Source: an uncultured delta proteobacterium (GTDB lineage Bacteria > Desulfobacterota > Syntrophorhabdia > Syntrophorhabdales > WCHB1-27). Taken from it: a stretch of 64,000 nt of DNA. The notes beneath the pieces are model-generated. The model was not told the origin of the DNA. It ran no database searches and saw only the letters and a list, made by a program, of their open reading frames with translations. The DNA is taken from NCBI GenBank assembly GCA_963810935.1, contig CAWEPK010000007.1:192001-256000 (forward strand), given 5' to 3'. The position numbers and the translations under genes are program-made. Every line of letters starts with the position of its first letter. Position 1 is the first letter of the stretch. Below are positions 1 through 11,357 of the stretch, piece after piece.

Positions 1-3000
1 ACCGATCCATCGTCGCAATGGAATGCCGGGTTTGCCTACACGAATGAAGGCACGATCAGCAGCGCCTACGCCACCGAATATTCCGGCAACACCGCAAACG
101 CCGCCAGATACGGGTTCGTAGAGTCGAACACCGGCACGATCACGAATGCCTACTGGTACGCAGCGACAGCCTCCGGGGCAACGCCGGTGACCGACGGAAC
201 AGGTTCGACCGCGACCCAATTGACGGACGCCACCGCAGCGGCCGCCCTTTCCAGCTATACGGGCTTCAACTCCAGCATCTGGGGGCAGGGCCAGGCAGGT
301 TTCCCCGTTCTTCGAAACATCATGGTTTACATCTACACCGATACTTCCACTGACTGGTGGACCGCGGGCATTCCGACCTACGGCACCGTCAGCACGTTAT
401 CCGACCTGAACCTGTTGCCGGGATGGGGCTTACAGGGCGGAGGCGGGATAGGCCAGGTGGATAGCACATTCACCGTAGCCCTTGACAACGGCTATGTCGA
501 TGCAGGCACCCAGGCCGCCTCGGCCGTCCTGTCGTCTTCGGTCTACACGAACATCAACGGCCTGATCACGGTCAACCCCATGCCGCTGACCGCCGCCACT
601 TCGGGTATAAGCGTCGCGGACAAGGTCTACGACGGCACAACGGCAGCCACCTTGAGCAGCGGAGCCACCGCGACCGTGACAACCGGCCTGGTGGGCAACC
701 AGACCCTCAACATCAGCTACACGGGGGCGGCCTTTTCCGATAAGAACGCCGGCACGGACAAAACCGTTATCCTCGAGTATACCACCTCCGGCACCGCCAG
801 GGCGAGCAACTACACGCTTCCCAGCAATGCGACCACGACCACGGCAAGCATCACTCCGTTGACGATCAGCGCCACCGCCATGGGCAACGACAAGGTCTAT
901 GACGCCACGACGACCGCCACGGCCTCCTGCGCTCTGAACGGCGTGCTTGCCGGGGATAACGTTTCCGTAACGTACGGCAGCGCCGCCTTCGCCGACCCGA
1001 ACGCCGGAACAAACAAGGCGGTAACCGTCAACGGCCTCAGCCTAGGTGGAACGGCGGCCGGCAACTACACGCTGCAAAGCACCACTGTCCTGACTATGGC
1101 CGATATCACGCCCCGGCCTTTGAACATCACAGGCTACAAGACGGCGGACGGCGCCACCAGCGTCCCTGCGAGCAGCCTGACCCTGCTTAACGTGGCGGCG
1201 AGTGACTCAGTCACCTTAAGCGGCACGGCCACCCTGGCTTCAGGCGCAAGCGGCGTCCAGCCGATCACCAACCTGGCCTCGCTTACGGTGAGCAACCCCA
1301 ATTACACGGTGGTAGGCGCCGTCGGCTCGGTGGCGGTGGGGACGAATAACCTGGTCCTGGACCATGTGGCAAGCGGCACGACCATTATCAACACGGTAGG
1401 CAACACGACGACGATCAACACGTCCGACAGGGCAGTGATCGACTGGGTACGCTTCAACGTAGGGGTCGGCGAGACGCTGACATTCGTCCAGCCGGCAGTC
1501 ACCTCTATCGTCCTCAACCGGGTGACGGGCAATGAGCCGAGCGTGATCGCCGACATCCTCAGCGCCAACGGCAGGGTCTTTATCATCAATTCCAACGGCA
1601 TACTCTTCGCGCCCGGCTCCAGCGTCAACGTGGGGGCTCTCCTTGCAAGCACCCTCAATATAACGGACACCAACTTCCAGAACAGCAACTACGTCTTCAC
1701 CGTCGCAAGCGGCAACAACTCGGTGATCTCCGAGGGCGACATCGTCATAGTGGATGGCGGCTTCGTCGCCCTGGCGAGCAACAACGGCGTGGCAAGCTCC
1801 GGCACCATCACGGCCCTGGGCGGCAAGGCCCTCCTTGCATCGGCCGACAACCTCACCCTCACCCTGGACAGCTCCGACAGAGGCTTGGGCAGTTATAACA
1901 TAAGCAGTCTCGACGGGACGACTGCGGTGAACGGCGTCGTGGACGTCGCCGCTACCAGCGGCAACGGCGGGCTTCTGGGTAGGGCCGGCGGGAACATCAT
2001 CATGTCGAATAATTTCATGCTCGGCACGGGCAACAACGGAACCTGGTCGTGGACCATACCTCCATCACCATCGGCACTGGCGGGACCATGACCGGGACGT
2101 TCGTCGGCAACAACCTGGCGCTGCGCAACCTCTCCCTCAACTCGCTGACCGGCGACATCACATTCAATGACCCCGTGACCTGGTCGACCGATAACACGCT
2201 GTCTCTTAACGCAGCGAACAATATCAACATCAATAACGCGATCACCGCCACAGGGACGAACGCAGCATTGGTCATGAATTACGTGGGCAACTACAACATC
2301 CTCACCCCGGCCTCCTTTAGCGGCGCGGTCCTCAACTCTGCCGGCATACCGGTGGCCCAGCAGGATACGAGCGGTGGGGTGTACGGCAGCATTAATCTTT
2401 ACGGCTCCAATGCCGGCCTCAAGATCAACGGCGTCACATATACGCTGATCCAGAGTATGAGTCAACTGGACGCATTGGACAATATAAATGCCGTCACCAA
2501 CATGTACTATGACACCGCCACCCACGCATACGACATCCCCGCCACCTACATGGTCATCACCACATATTCGTGGGGCTGGAATATGAACGTCAAATACTAC
2601 AACCCGGCCGACGGCCAATACGACCTGACTTCAATAACCCCCATCACCGGCAACTACGCCCTGGCGCGGAACCTCGACGCCTCGGGCACTACCTACATAA
2701 CTTCGCTCATAAGCAGCTTCTCGGGGACGTTCGCGGGCCTGGGCCATACCATCAGTAACCTGACCATAAATGCGCCGATTCAGAACCCGAGCACCACGCC
2801 TACCACGACAATAACCGACGTCTATGGGCCATTTTCGGCCGATGCAGCGCTGATAGGCACGACCACGGGATCGACAAACGTCGTCCGCGACCTCGGGCTG
2901 ATAAATACCAACGTTACCGCCGACAGCGGCGCGACGTTGGTGGGCTCATTCTCCGGCGGGACCGTCAGCGGCGTATACGCCACGGGAAACGTGAACGTGC

Positions 3001-4652
3001 TTGGCAACGGCGCCGGTCTGATCGCCTCGGTCACCGGCACTACGGTTACAAACGCTTATGCCAATGTCGCCGTTACCGCCTCGCAAACAGGCCAGGTCGG
3101 CGGCTTGATTTCCTACGCCAGCAACAGCACCATCACGAGCTCTCACGCCTCAGGGGCCGTGACGCTCATCGGCGGCGCCTATACCGGGGTTGAGGATCCG
3201 GATGGGAATGCGGGCGGTGCTATCATCGATTACGCAGGCGGATTGGTAGCAGGGATGAGTGGTACAGTAAGCAATTGCTATGCGACGGGCGTCGTGAGCG
3301 ATACCCATGGCCGGTATGTAGGCGGATTGCTCGGGAATTTCGCGGGTTCGGCGACCAACTCCTTTGCGACCGGCCCCGTCACGGCATTAGGTTACGTCGG
3401 CGGCCTGATAGGGCAAAGCACAGGCTCCAGCGGGTCTCCGGCGATTGTCACGAACGACTACGCCACCGGCGCTGTGACGGCAGTCGGCAGCGGCTTTGCT
3501 TCCAGCGGGTATGTCGGCTACGAGGGCGGGCTTATCGGCTACGCCACGTATACCAACGTGGGCAGTCTCCTTTGCCACGGGTGACGTAGTTGCCTCCATC
3601 GCGCGTACCGCCGGTGAGCCAATAGGTACTTTTAATAGTATTACCGACAATCTTTTTGAATATGTCGGCGGCCTGGTCGGATATCTCGAGAGCGGATCCA
3701 TCACAAAATCCCACGCCACGGGCAACGTCAAAGGCGCCGCCGCCTGGGTCGTCGGTGGCCTCGTCGGCGCAGGCACTAACATCAGCAATTGCTACGCGAC
3801 CGGTAATGTCTCCGGCTACCAGGGCGTCGGCGGCCTGGCAGGCTGGGCCGACAACGTCGCCAATTCCTACTCGACCGGCAACGTATCCGGCTACCAGATG
3901 GTGGGCGGCTTGGCTGCCACCGGCACCGGCAATATCAGTAATTCCTACTCGACCGGCAACGTCTCCGGCACGATCACGGTGGGCGGATTCGCGGGGGTTT
4001 TGTCATCCGCAAACGTCACGGACTCGTACTCTACGGGCAACGTGACGGGAGTGGACCAGGTAGGGGGCTTCTCAGGACAACTGGGCCAGAACACGAATAT
4101 TGCCGATTCCTGGTCGGGCGGCACGGTAAACGGCTCCACCAATGTGGGCGGGTTTATCGGCCTCGTACGATACAATAATAACACCCTGAACAACGATTAC
4201 TGGAACTCTAGCAGCCAACCCAACGCCGTCGGCACTTATCAGTCGAACTCGGCCTATACCCCGGCTGCCGCCACCATTACCAACAGCCAGGGCATAAGCA
4301 GCGCAGAATTTAAGAACGGAGATATTGCCAATTATCTCAACGGCACCATCGGCCAGGTGCTATCGCCGCTCGGGCATTCGAGGCGCAGCAGGAAGCCATA
4401 TTCGAAGGCAACGGACAGCAAACCGGCGGGCAGGCTTCCTTTAGCGGGCAGGGGAGCAATTCTACCGGCCAGGGGCTCAATAACCAGATCGGCTCCTTCA
4501 CGCCTTCCAACACCGGGACGGTGAACGGGACGATGGATAACCATATCGTCTACTCCGATTCGGGCAGTTACTCGGCCACCATAAAGTCGATCAATGCAGA
4601 CGGCATGCAGTTCGACCTGGAAGGCGGCAGCCAGGGCGGGCCTAACAGATAG
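1..4652 (+). CDS. Large filamentous-haemagglutinin-like TpsA exoprotein (GLUG repeats, YDG domains, internal TPS domain); 5' end outside window; split by ~3 frameshifts
   Basis: Frame 1 is open from base 1 into ORF 187..2091, then continues in 2049..3584, 3496..~4360 and a last frame ending ...QFDLEGGSQGGPNR* at 4652. Motifs: DKVYDG/DKVYDA (YDG), NRVTG...NGRVFIINSNGILF (TPS) and many VGGLVG...SYSTGNVSG (GLUG). Adjacent to tpsB. Confidence 0.85.
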
Positions 4653-4671
4653 CGGGTAGACACACCACCCT

Positions 4672-4702
4672 TCACCCTACCCTCTCCCCAAGGGGCGAGG
4701 GG
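4672..4702. repeat. CCCT(C)ACCCT..CCCTCTCCC..GGG.GAGGG-type intergenic REP-like hairpin
   Basis: tcaccctaccctctccccaaggggcgagggg; a similar hairpin lies near 49026-49053. Confidence 0.5.
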
Positions 4703-4762
4703 TATAAAAGGGCGAGGAAAGGTGAAAAAATAAGACAGCGATCAAGCAAGGGGGAAACTGAA

Positions 4763-6505
4763 ATGTGTAAGATATGCAAGCTCATCTCCGCAGCAACCGT
4801 GTGGGTGCTCTTCCTCTCCGCACTCATCATCGTAAGCTCCACCGCTTCCGCCCAGATCGCGCCTCCGCCGACCATAGGCGGCGCGGTAAACCAGGCGATC
4901 ACCCCGCAGGCCGAGGCAAGGCCCGCCGCGAAAGAGCCGGCGAAGCCGGTCATTGTCCAGGAAGAGGAGAAGCCCTTCGCCCTGCCGGAAGGCCAAAAAC
5001 TCATGGTGAAGGACTTCAAGATAGAAGGGGCCCTGAAGAAAGATGAGGCCAAGCTGTCGGCCTTGCTTGCGCCTTACAAGGACAAGGAACTGACCATGGC
5101 CGAGATCACTGAGGCCGCCAATAAGATCACGGTCTTCTATCGTGACAAGGGATACCTCGTCGCAAAGGCTTACGTCCCGAAGCAGGACGCAACCGAAGGC
5201 ACGCTGGTGATAAAGGTAATCATCGGCAAATACGGTAAGTTCTCCATAAAAGACAAATCATACATCAGACAATCCTTTCTCCAGGGGGTTTTCGACAGGA
5301 CAAAAAAAACATCGCCCGACGTCACGCGGGATAGCCTCGAACGCTCCATGCTACTCGTCCGGGACATGCCGGGCGCAAAGCTGCCTACAGTCGCCATCGC
5401 TCCGGGCACAGCGCCGGGGACATCCGACTTCGACGTGACCGTGGACCCGACGCAGCGCCTCAACGGCTACACGATGGTGGACAACCAGGGATCACGCTAT
5501 ACGGGTCAGAACAGGGCTTACGCGGGCCTCGACACAAACTCCCCCTTCGGTATCGGAGACAAGCTCTCCTTAAGCGCCATGGCGACCAACAAGTCAGTAG
5601 CGAATGAAAACAATGGGATGTATAACGGCCGGGCGGCCTACTCCTTGCCTCTGGGTTACAGCGGCCTGCGCGCCGAGTTTTCGGCAGCCCACACTAATTA
5701 TGGCTTAGGCGGCATATACGCCCCGCTGAATGCTGTTGGGTATGCCAACATCTACGACAGCACCCTCTTCTACCCCCTGATCAGGACCCGCGAGCAGAGC
5801 GTGGACGTCTCCCTGAACCTCGCTTACAAGCAGTTACGGGACAACCAGTCGGCGGTAGGGTCAACGAACCCGAGGGGCGATGAAGTCGCCACCTTAGGCA
5901 TACAGAAGGGTGCATACGGCAGCCTTCTGGGTAAAGACCTCTTTACCATGATGTCGGGAAGCGTAAGCTACGGGACGCTCACCATACAGGATCCCAGCCA
6001 GAGGCTCCTGAACCAGGCAGGTGCCAATACCGGGGGAACTTTCGCAAAAGCGAACGTCAGCCTCCTCGGGAACCTGACCCTTAACGACAAGTTCTCCTTG
6101 AAGGGCTCGATCAGGGGGCAGAAGGTCCTGACCGGGAACAACCTCGACGTGATCGAGCAGATGTTCATAAACGGCTCGTCAGGGGTAAAGTCCTTCACCG
6201 AGATGATCGGCGGGGACAACGGCTACGTGGCCAACATGGAATTAAGGTACGCCCTTCCGTCGCTTTCTCCGATGAAGCACTACATCGGCGTCTTTGCCGA
6301 TAACGGCTGGGTCTATGCCCAGCAGGGCAGTTGGACGACAGCCCGCACCCAGACCATGCTATCGGATGTGGGTATGGGCTACTACCTGAACCTTAAACAG
6401 CTCTTCGGCAGCTTGCAGATAGCGCAGGCAGTAGGGCAGACGAACAACAAGATCGAGAGTGAACCGGGGATTCGCATCCTGATGCAGCTCGGAGCGTCGT
6501 TCTAG
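4763..6505 (+). CDS. TpsB transporter, ShlB/FhaC/HecB family
   Basis: Signal peptide, POTRA motif (ITVFYRDKGYLVAKAYVPKQD), DNQGSRYTG, amphipathic beta strands, C-terminal Phe. Confidence 0.9.
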   Translation: MCKICKLISAATVWVLFLSALIIVSSTASAQIAPPPTIGGAVNQAITPQAEARPAAKEPAKPVIVQEEEKPFALPEGQKLMVKDFKIEGALKKDEAKLSALLAPYKDKELTMAEITEAANKITVFYRDKGYLVAKAYVPKQDATEGTLVIKVIIGKYGKFSIKDKSYIRQSFLQGVFDRTKKTSPDVTRDSLERSMLLVRDMPGAKLPTVAIAPGTAPGTSDFDVTVDPTQRLNGYTMVDNQGSRYTGQNRAYAGLDTNSPFGIGDKLSLSAMATNKSVANENNGMYNGRAAYSLPLGYSGLRAEFSAAHTNYGLGGIYAPLNAVGYANIYDSTLFYPLIRTREQSVDVSLNLAYKQLRDNQSAVGSTNPRGDEVATLGIQKGAYGSLLGKDLFTMMSGSVSYGTLTIQDPSQRLLNQAGANTGGTFAKANVSLLGNLTLNDKFSLKGSIRGQKVLTGNNLDVIEQMFINGSSGVKSFTEMIGGDNGYVANMELRYALPSLSPMKHYIGVFADNGWVYAQQGSWTTARTQTMLSDVGMGYYLNLKQLFGSLQIAQAVGQTNNKIESEPGIRILMQLGASF

Positions 6506-6553
6506 ATTGCGTGGGCCGAATGCGCACAGCGCAAGCCAGGAGAGGAATGGGAT

Positions 6554-6994
6554 ATGAGTGTAAAATGGCTGTCGGGATTAGTCGACTACGGAATCATCGG
6601 TCTTTTGGCCGCCCTCAGCGTCATCGTGGTGGCGGTCGCCCTTGAACGTTACGCCCTTTACCGTAAGTGCAGGATCGCGGCCTTTGCGGATATAAAGTCC
6701 CTGGAGCTGGTGCTGACGGCGAAATTGTCCGTCATCGCCTCGGTGGGCAGCAATGCCCCTTACCTGGGGCTTTTGGGCACCGTGCTCGGGATCATGCTCA
6801 CCTTTTACAACATGGGGCAGGATGCGGCCATGGACACGGGCAGGATCATGACCGGCCTGGCCCTTGCCCTGAAATCGACGGCCGTCGGGCTTGTGGTAGC
6901 GCTTATCGCGGTCGTGATCTACAACGCGCTTTTGCGGAAGGTCAGGGTGTTGATGCTGAAATGGGAGATTGCCAATGGACGAAAAACCCTTTGA
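6554..6994 (+). CDS. exbB: ExbB (short MotA/TolQ/ExbB family)
   Basis: [16 protein letters not shown] and [11 protein letters not shown] motifs. Confidence 0.92.
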   Translation: MSVKWLSGLVDYGIIGLLAALSVIVVAVALERYALYRKCRIAAFADIKSLELVLTAKLSVIASVGSNAPYLGLLGTVLGIMLTFYNMGQDAAMDTGRIMTGLALALKSTAVGLVVALIAVVIYNALLRKVRVLMLKWEIANGRKTL

Positions 6995-7355
6995 GACGAT
7001 GAACGTCATCCCATTTGTGGACATCATGCTGGTGCTTCTCACCATCGTGCTGACCACGTCGAGCTTCATTGCCGCCGGGAGGATACCGGTCAACTTGCCG
7101 CAGGCCTCAAAAAGCGTTACCGATGCGGACAAGGCCGCGATCATCGAGCTGTCCGCTGCGGGAGATATGTATCTCAACAACAGGGCGGTCACTCTGGAAT
7201 CCTTGAAAACCTTGCTTGTGCCGATCGGCAGGGAGACGGGCTTCGTCATCAGGGCGGACAAGGAGATCTCCTTGCAGCGCTTTATCGACGTGGCCGACGT
7301 ACTGAAACAGTTGGGTTTTAAAAAGGTGGCCGTCCAGACGAAGAGCCGCACTTAA
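6975..7355 (+). CDS. exbD: ExbD/TolR family
   Basis: [26 protein letters not shown]. Confidence 0.92.
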   Translation: MDEKPFETMNVIPFVDIMLVLLTIVLTTSSFIAAGRIPVNLPQASKSVTDADKAAIIELSAAGDMYLNNRAVTLESLKTLLVPIGRETGFVIRADKEISLQRFIDVADVLKQLGFKKVAVQTKSRT

Positions 7356-7380
7356 CGAAGAGACAGCTTGGTAGGGGTTT

Positions 7381-8142
7381 ATGGTTCGTCTGCGAGGCAA
7401 GTTTAGTTTTTATCAATGGTTGGCTGCTTCCCTGCTTATGCACGCCGTCATAGTATTACCTTTTATTTTCGGCACCCTCCGTATGCCCGATAACAACAGG
7501 CGATCCAAGCTCGTGGTCGAGCTTTACGGCATGATCTCGAACAGGCAAGCCGAGGAAAAACATAAAGCGGCGACCGTCGTCCGTCAGCCTAAAAGAGTAG
7601 AGCGGCAAGCCCCGCCACGGCCTAAGCCGGATAAACAGCAGCCCAAGGAGCCCGAAAGGCCCGTGAAGCCGGATACCCCTGTACCGGCCCAAAGGCCTGA
7701 TGACAGGCAATACGCCGCCGGGCAGAATGCTTCGGCGAGCGTCATTTACAAAATGGCGGGCAGCGATGACGAGCAGAAGGGACAATCCATAAGACACGCC
7801 GAGCGGGAAGGGGACAAGTTAGCGGCCAGGATCCAGGAGTACGTGGGAAAGATGGCCAAGCGCATGTATTCCGTGCTCGTGTATCCGCCGGAAGTCCGAA
7901 GAAACGGCATCGAGGGCGTTTCGACGATCGCCTTCATCATCACGGAATCCGGGGCCATAAAGGAGGGCTCATTGAGGGTGCGGAGGAGCAGCGGCTACGC
8001 CGCCCTCGATTCGAGCGCCCTGAAATCGGCCCTCGCGAGCACCCCGTTCGAGAAACCGCCTAAAGAGATGCCGATTGTTATCGCCATATCCTTTAATGTC
8101 GAAGCAGCGCGGTCGGCGGCGAGAAACGCTGCGGTGCGATAA
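7381..8142 (+). CDS. tonB: TonB energy transducer
   Basis: N-terminal TM with S-x3-H, Pro/Lys-rich linker, YPPEVRRNGIEG...SSGYAALD C-terminal domain. Confidence 0.88.
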   Translation: MVRLRGKFSFYQWLAASLLMHAVIVLPFIFGTLRMPDNNRRSKLVVELYGMISNRQAEEKHKAATVVRQPKRVERQAPPRPKPDKQQPKEPERPVKPDTPVPAQRPDDRQYAAGQNASASVIYKMAGSDDEQKGQSIRHAEREGDKLAARIQEYVGKMAKRMYSVLVYPPEVRRNGIEGVSTIAFIITESGAIKEGSLRVRRSSGYAALDSSALKSALASTPFEKPPKEMPIVIAISFNVEAARSAARNAAVR

Positions 8143-8285
8143 GTACCGACCCGCGTCCGTGAATACGGCAGCTCACCCGACCCGATCTGGTAGGGCAAAA
8201 CCCCGGGCTGGCAAATACCGCTCAAGAGTGATAACCTTACACCATTGGGTACATTAACGGCCAATGGCCATACGTGGGGGGGAAC

Positions 8286-8978
8286 ATGAGTGGTCGAAAG
8301 AAAGACAATAAACGTGGTTTTTTGAAAGCCAGGGCTTACGCATCGATTAAAAACGCCATTATTACAGGCCAGCTTGAAACTGATCAACGGCTCATAGAAG
8401 AGGCGCTTGCCTCCGATCTGGGCATCAGCCGGACGCCGATCAGGGAGGCGTTACAGCAACTGGAGAAAGAAGGTCTCATTTTGAGACGTTCCGCAAGCGG
8501 GTTCGCGGTAAAAGGAGTAAGCGAAGAAGACGTCGAGGAGATTCTGGAAGTTCAGCGTGCCTTGGAGAGCTATGCCTGCCACCTTGCGGCATCGAGGATC
8601 ACGGATGCCGAGATAACTTCCCTGGTCGATCTCATCAGAGTTCAGGAAGACTGCCTTAGGGAGTTAAGCGTCGAGAAGTTCATATGGCTGGACAGCGAGT
8701 TCCACGATGCAATCCATAAGGCCGCGAAGAACGATCTTCTTTACAACAATGTGCGCGGGCTCAGGGACCACATGGAACGATATCGCGTCATAATATTTCG
8801 ATCCCGCGCCAGGCTTAGCCTGTCGGTTAAAGAACACAAGGAGATGGTGGCTTTGCTCCAGGCAAAGAAGACCAAGCAGATAGGAAAGCTGATTGGCAGG
8901 CATATAATACGCGGAAAGGACGTCATAAAAAAGCACATAGCAAAGGTACAAGAGGGGACCTGGGGCACTTCACGATGA
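8286..8978 (+). CDS. GntR family regulator (FCD domain)
   Basis: LASDLGISRTPIREALQQLEKEGL wHTH; DSEFH...EH FCD motif. Confidence 0.92.
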   Translation: MSGRKKDNKRGFLKARAYASIKNAIITGQLETDQRLIEEALASDLGISRTPIREALQQLEKEGLILRRSASGFAVKGVSEEDVEEILEVQRALESYACHLAASRITDAEITSLVDLIRVQEDCLRELSVEKFIWLDSEFHDAIHKAAKNDLLYNNVRGLRDHMERYRVIIFRSRARLSLSVKEHKEMVALLQAKKTKQIGKLIGRHIIRGKDVIKKHIAKVQEGTWGTSR

Positions 8979-9054
8979 AATTCTAATGTCGAGGCGCGGT
9001 ATAATGAATTAGCTCCCGATCCCTTGTTTCTTTGGCCCTCGCTGTGAAGTAAGC

Positions 9055-9160
9055 GGCCCTGCTGCAATCAGCGCGGGCTCCCCCGGCAGGGTGTCGGCGG
9101 GAACGGCCCCGCAGAGCGTCGCCGTTGACCCTTCGGGCAAGTTCGCCTATGTGGCAAAAA
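9055..9160 (+). pseudogene. Isolated fragment of a lactonase-type beta-propeller repeat
   Basis: Reads AAISAGSPGRVSAGTAPQSVAVDPSGKFAYVA in frame; upstream stop at 9010 and no start codon. Confidence 0.5.
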
Positions 9161-9239
9161 AACGAATGGCCCCTCCAGGCCGTCGGACAGGGACTATCAA
9201 ATAATTCAGGGTTGAGATTGGGCCGAGCATATGGCCGGC

Positions 9240-9713
9240 TTATTTGTGATTGGCGCATTGCGAGGTTAACGCCTCGCAATTCCGGCCGTTATCCTTTGTG
9301 CATTTCTTCATAGCTGCACTTTTTGCCTCACCTTCCGTTGTGCCGAGTCCCCAATAATAAAGCTGATTATCACTTCGAGTTACCACTGCTCCACATTGAT
9401 TTCTAAACCATACTGCTATTTCGCAGTCATTTTCATGTTGGCTGCATTTCTGCAGAGCCACGCCTTCGGCCTTGGTTCTGGAAGCCCATTTATAAGAGGT
9501 GCCGTAAGATTTCCTGGCTTTGCCATATGCGATAGCACCAAAGTCGGGGGTAGCATAGAGCTCGTCCGTCTCTATACAATGCCGGGTATACTCGACGCAC
9601 TGGCCCCGTATATAATTACTGCAACTGGTGTAGCAATTTTGCTGCAACCCCCAAACCGGTTTGATTATTAATATTGCCGCTATAATAATCAACCCCGCCG
9701 CCCATTTGTCCAT
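9240..9713 (-). CDS. Secreted Cys-rich DUF4189-like protein
   Basis: Signal peptide; FGAIAY...AEGVALQKC...WFRNQCGAV...A..AAMKKC pattern. Confidence 0.75.
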   Translation of the reverse strand: MDKWAAGLIIIAAILIIKPVWGLQQNCYTSCSNYIRGQCVEYTRHCIETDELYATPDFGAIAYGKARKSYGTSYKWASRTKAEGVALQKCSQHENDCEIAVWFRNQCGAVVTRSDNQLYYWGLGTTEGEAKSAAMKKCTKDNGRNCEALTSQCANHK

Positions 9714-9919
9714 CCGGCCCCCTTTCCTTGCGTGACGACGATTCATTTTTCCATTCTTTCACGATACGAATCGCATGACAAGAAGAAAATGCCGGTTTGT
9801 ATGCCGGCGAGATTGCTGAAGAGAACCGGAAGAAGCCGGAAAATTTCGATTTCTACACGCCTTCTTCTGGAAACTTTGCTTTATCTCTTGCTCCTCTTCG
9901 TGCGATAGTAAGGGCAGAA

Positions 9920-10180
9920 ATGTCGAATGAATCAATCAAAGAGCGAATAAGCAAATCGATCGATGATTTTAAAGCGAACAAAATCGATTTAAAAGAACTG
10001 AGGGGATCGATAGAACTTAATGGCCGAGCATTGGAAATGATGCCGTTTTCAATGATCAAAGAGCTTGAGGAAATTGAATATAAATTGATGATAGCGCAGT
10101 TCGCACAAGAAGAAGACTGCGGAGTCAATACGGAAGAAGTCGTAAAACTTCTTGAATCGTGGCTAAAAACGTGCCCGTAA
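9920..10180 (+). CDS. Small hypothetical protein (low GC)
   Basis: 86-aa helical-looking ORF starting MSNESIKERI. Confidence 0.55.
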   Translation: MSNESIKERISKSIDDFKANKIDLKELRGSIELNGRALEMMPFSMIKELEEIEYKLMIAQFAQEEDCGVNTEEVVKLLESWLKTCP

Positions 10181-10456
10181 GTGGCCCGAGACTACTTCCG
10201 GGCCTTGTTGGTTACAGAACTTTCTCTGACCAGCGCCCTTTTCCGCGTGTGATCTTCTTCCTGCAAGAGAGCGGTTGAATGTTTTCCTTGCAAGACAGCA
10301 TTACAGGCGGCTATGATTAACACATATAACGGGAGCGGATATGGTGAGTACAGGGCGGAAGCAGAAAACGTCCTTTACGCTGGGGTATGAGCCCCGCTCG
10401 CTGCCCCTTGTATCTTTGCAAACAAGAGCACGTTCGGGCTTGAAAGGAGATAATAT

Positions 10457-11266
10457 ATGAAATTCAAGGTATCTCTCATTGGCGCAATTGTCATCCTGGC
10501 TGTTTATACGCCCGGATACGTATTCCCTGCTGATGGGTCGCCTGCCGGGAGTGGGAACAAGCCTGCGCTCATAGACCCCGTTTTGTGCCCTACGCAGAAT
10601 GAAGCAGCGAGGCAATCCTATAACAATGGGTACAAGCTGGAAAATGAAGGCAAGGCGGATGAGGCAATGAGGGCATACCAAAAAGCAATAGTCCTCGATG
10701 CGAACTACTGTGACGCCATGGACAACCTTGGGCGATTGCTTAGACAACAGAACAAATTGGATGATGCGATCTATTGGTATAAACGGTCGATCGGAGTCTT
10801 ACCGGGGAACCGTGCTGCGCATACCAACCTGGCTGTCGCCTATCGCTATCAGGGCAAGAACGACGCTGCCATCTCCGAATACCAGGTTTTGCTGAAAATG
10901 AACCCCCGAGACCCCGAAGGCTATTACGGTCTGGGGACCGTATATTTAGGCTCTAACAACTTTAGCGCTGCATCCGAGCAGTTCAAGAAAGCAGAGCAAC
11001 TCTACCTCGAAGCAAATTCGCCATTGGCTGCGGACGCCCAGTATCTGCTGGGTATTACCTACTACCGGATGAAGGATTATGGAACATCCATCAATTATCT
11101 CGAAAGGAGCTATGGCAAGAAGCAAAACGATTTGCGAGTCAATTACTTTCTCGGGCTGTCTCATCTTGAGACTGGAAACATCGACCGAGCCGGAAAGTAC
11201 CTGAGAAGGGCGCAGGAGCTTGGCGCCAAGATACCGCCGGAGGTGTTGCGGAAGGCCGGAATATAG
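10457..11266 (+). CDS. Exported TPR-repeat protein
   Basis: RBS aaagga, signal peptide, successive TPR consensus repeats. Confidence 0.88.
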   Translation: MKFKVSLIGAIVILAVYTPGYVFPADGSPAGSGNKPALIDPVLCPTQNEAARQSYNNGYKLENEGKADEAMRAYQKAIVLDANYCDAMDNLGRLLRQQNKLDDAIYWYKRSIGVLPGNRAAHTNLAVAYRYQGKNDAAISEYQVLLKMNPRDPEGYYGLGTVYLGSNNFSAASEQFKKAEQLYLEANSPLAADAQYLLGITYYRMKDYGTSINYLERSYGKKQNDLRVNYFLGLSHLETGNIDRAGKYLRRAQELGAKIPPEVLRKAGI

Positions 11267-11357
11267 TTTCTGCCCCCATACAAGGGCGTCGAATCGGTCC
11301 AAAGGATACAGACATCAGGTCAATGTTAACCTCTGTTCCTATTCCCCCGGCCTTCGG

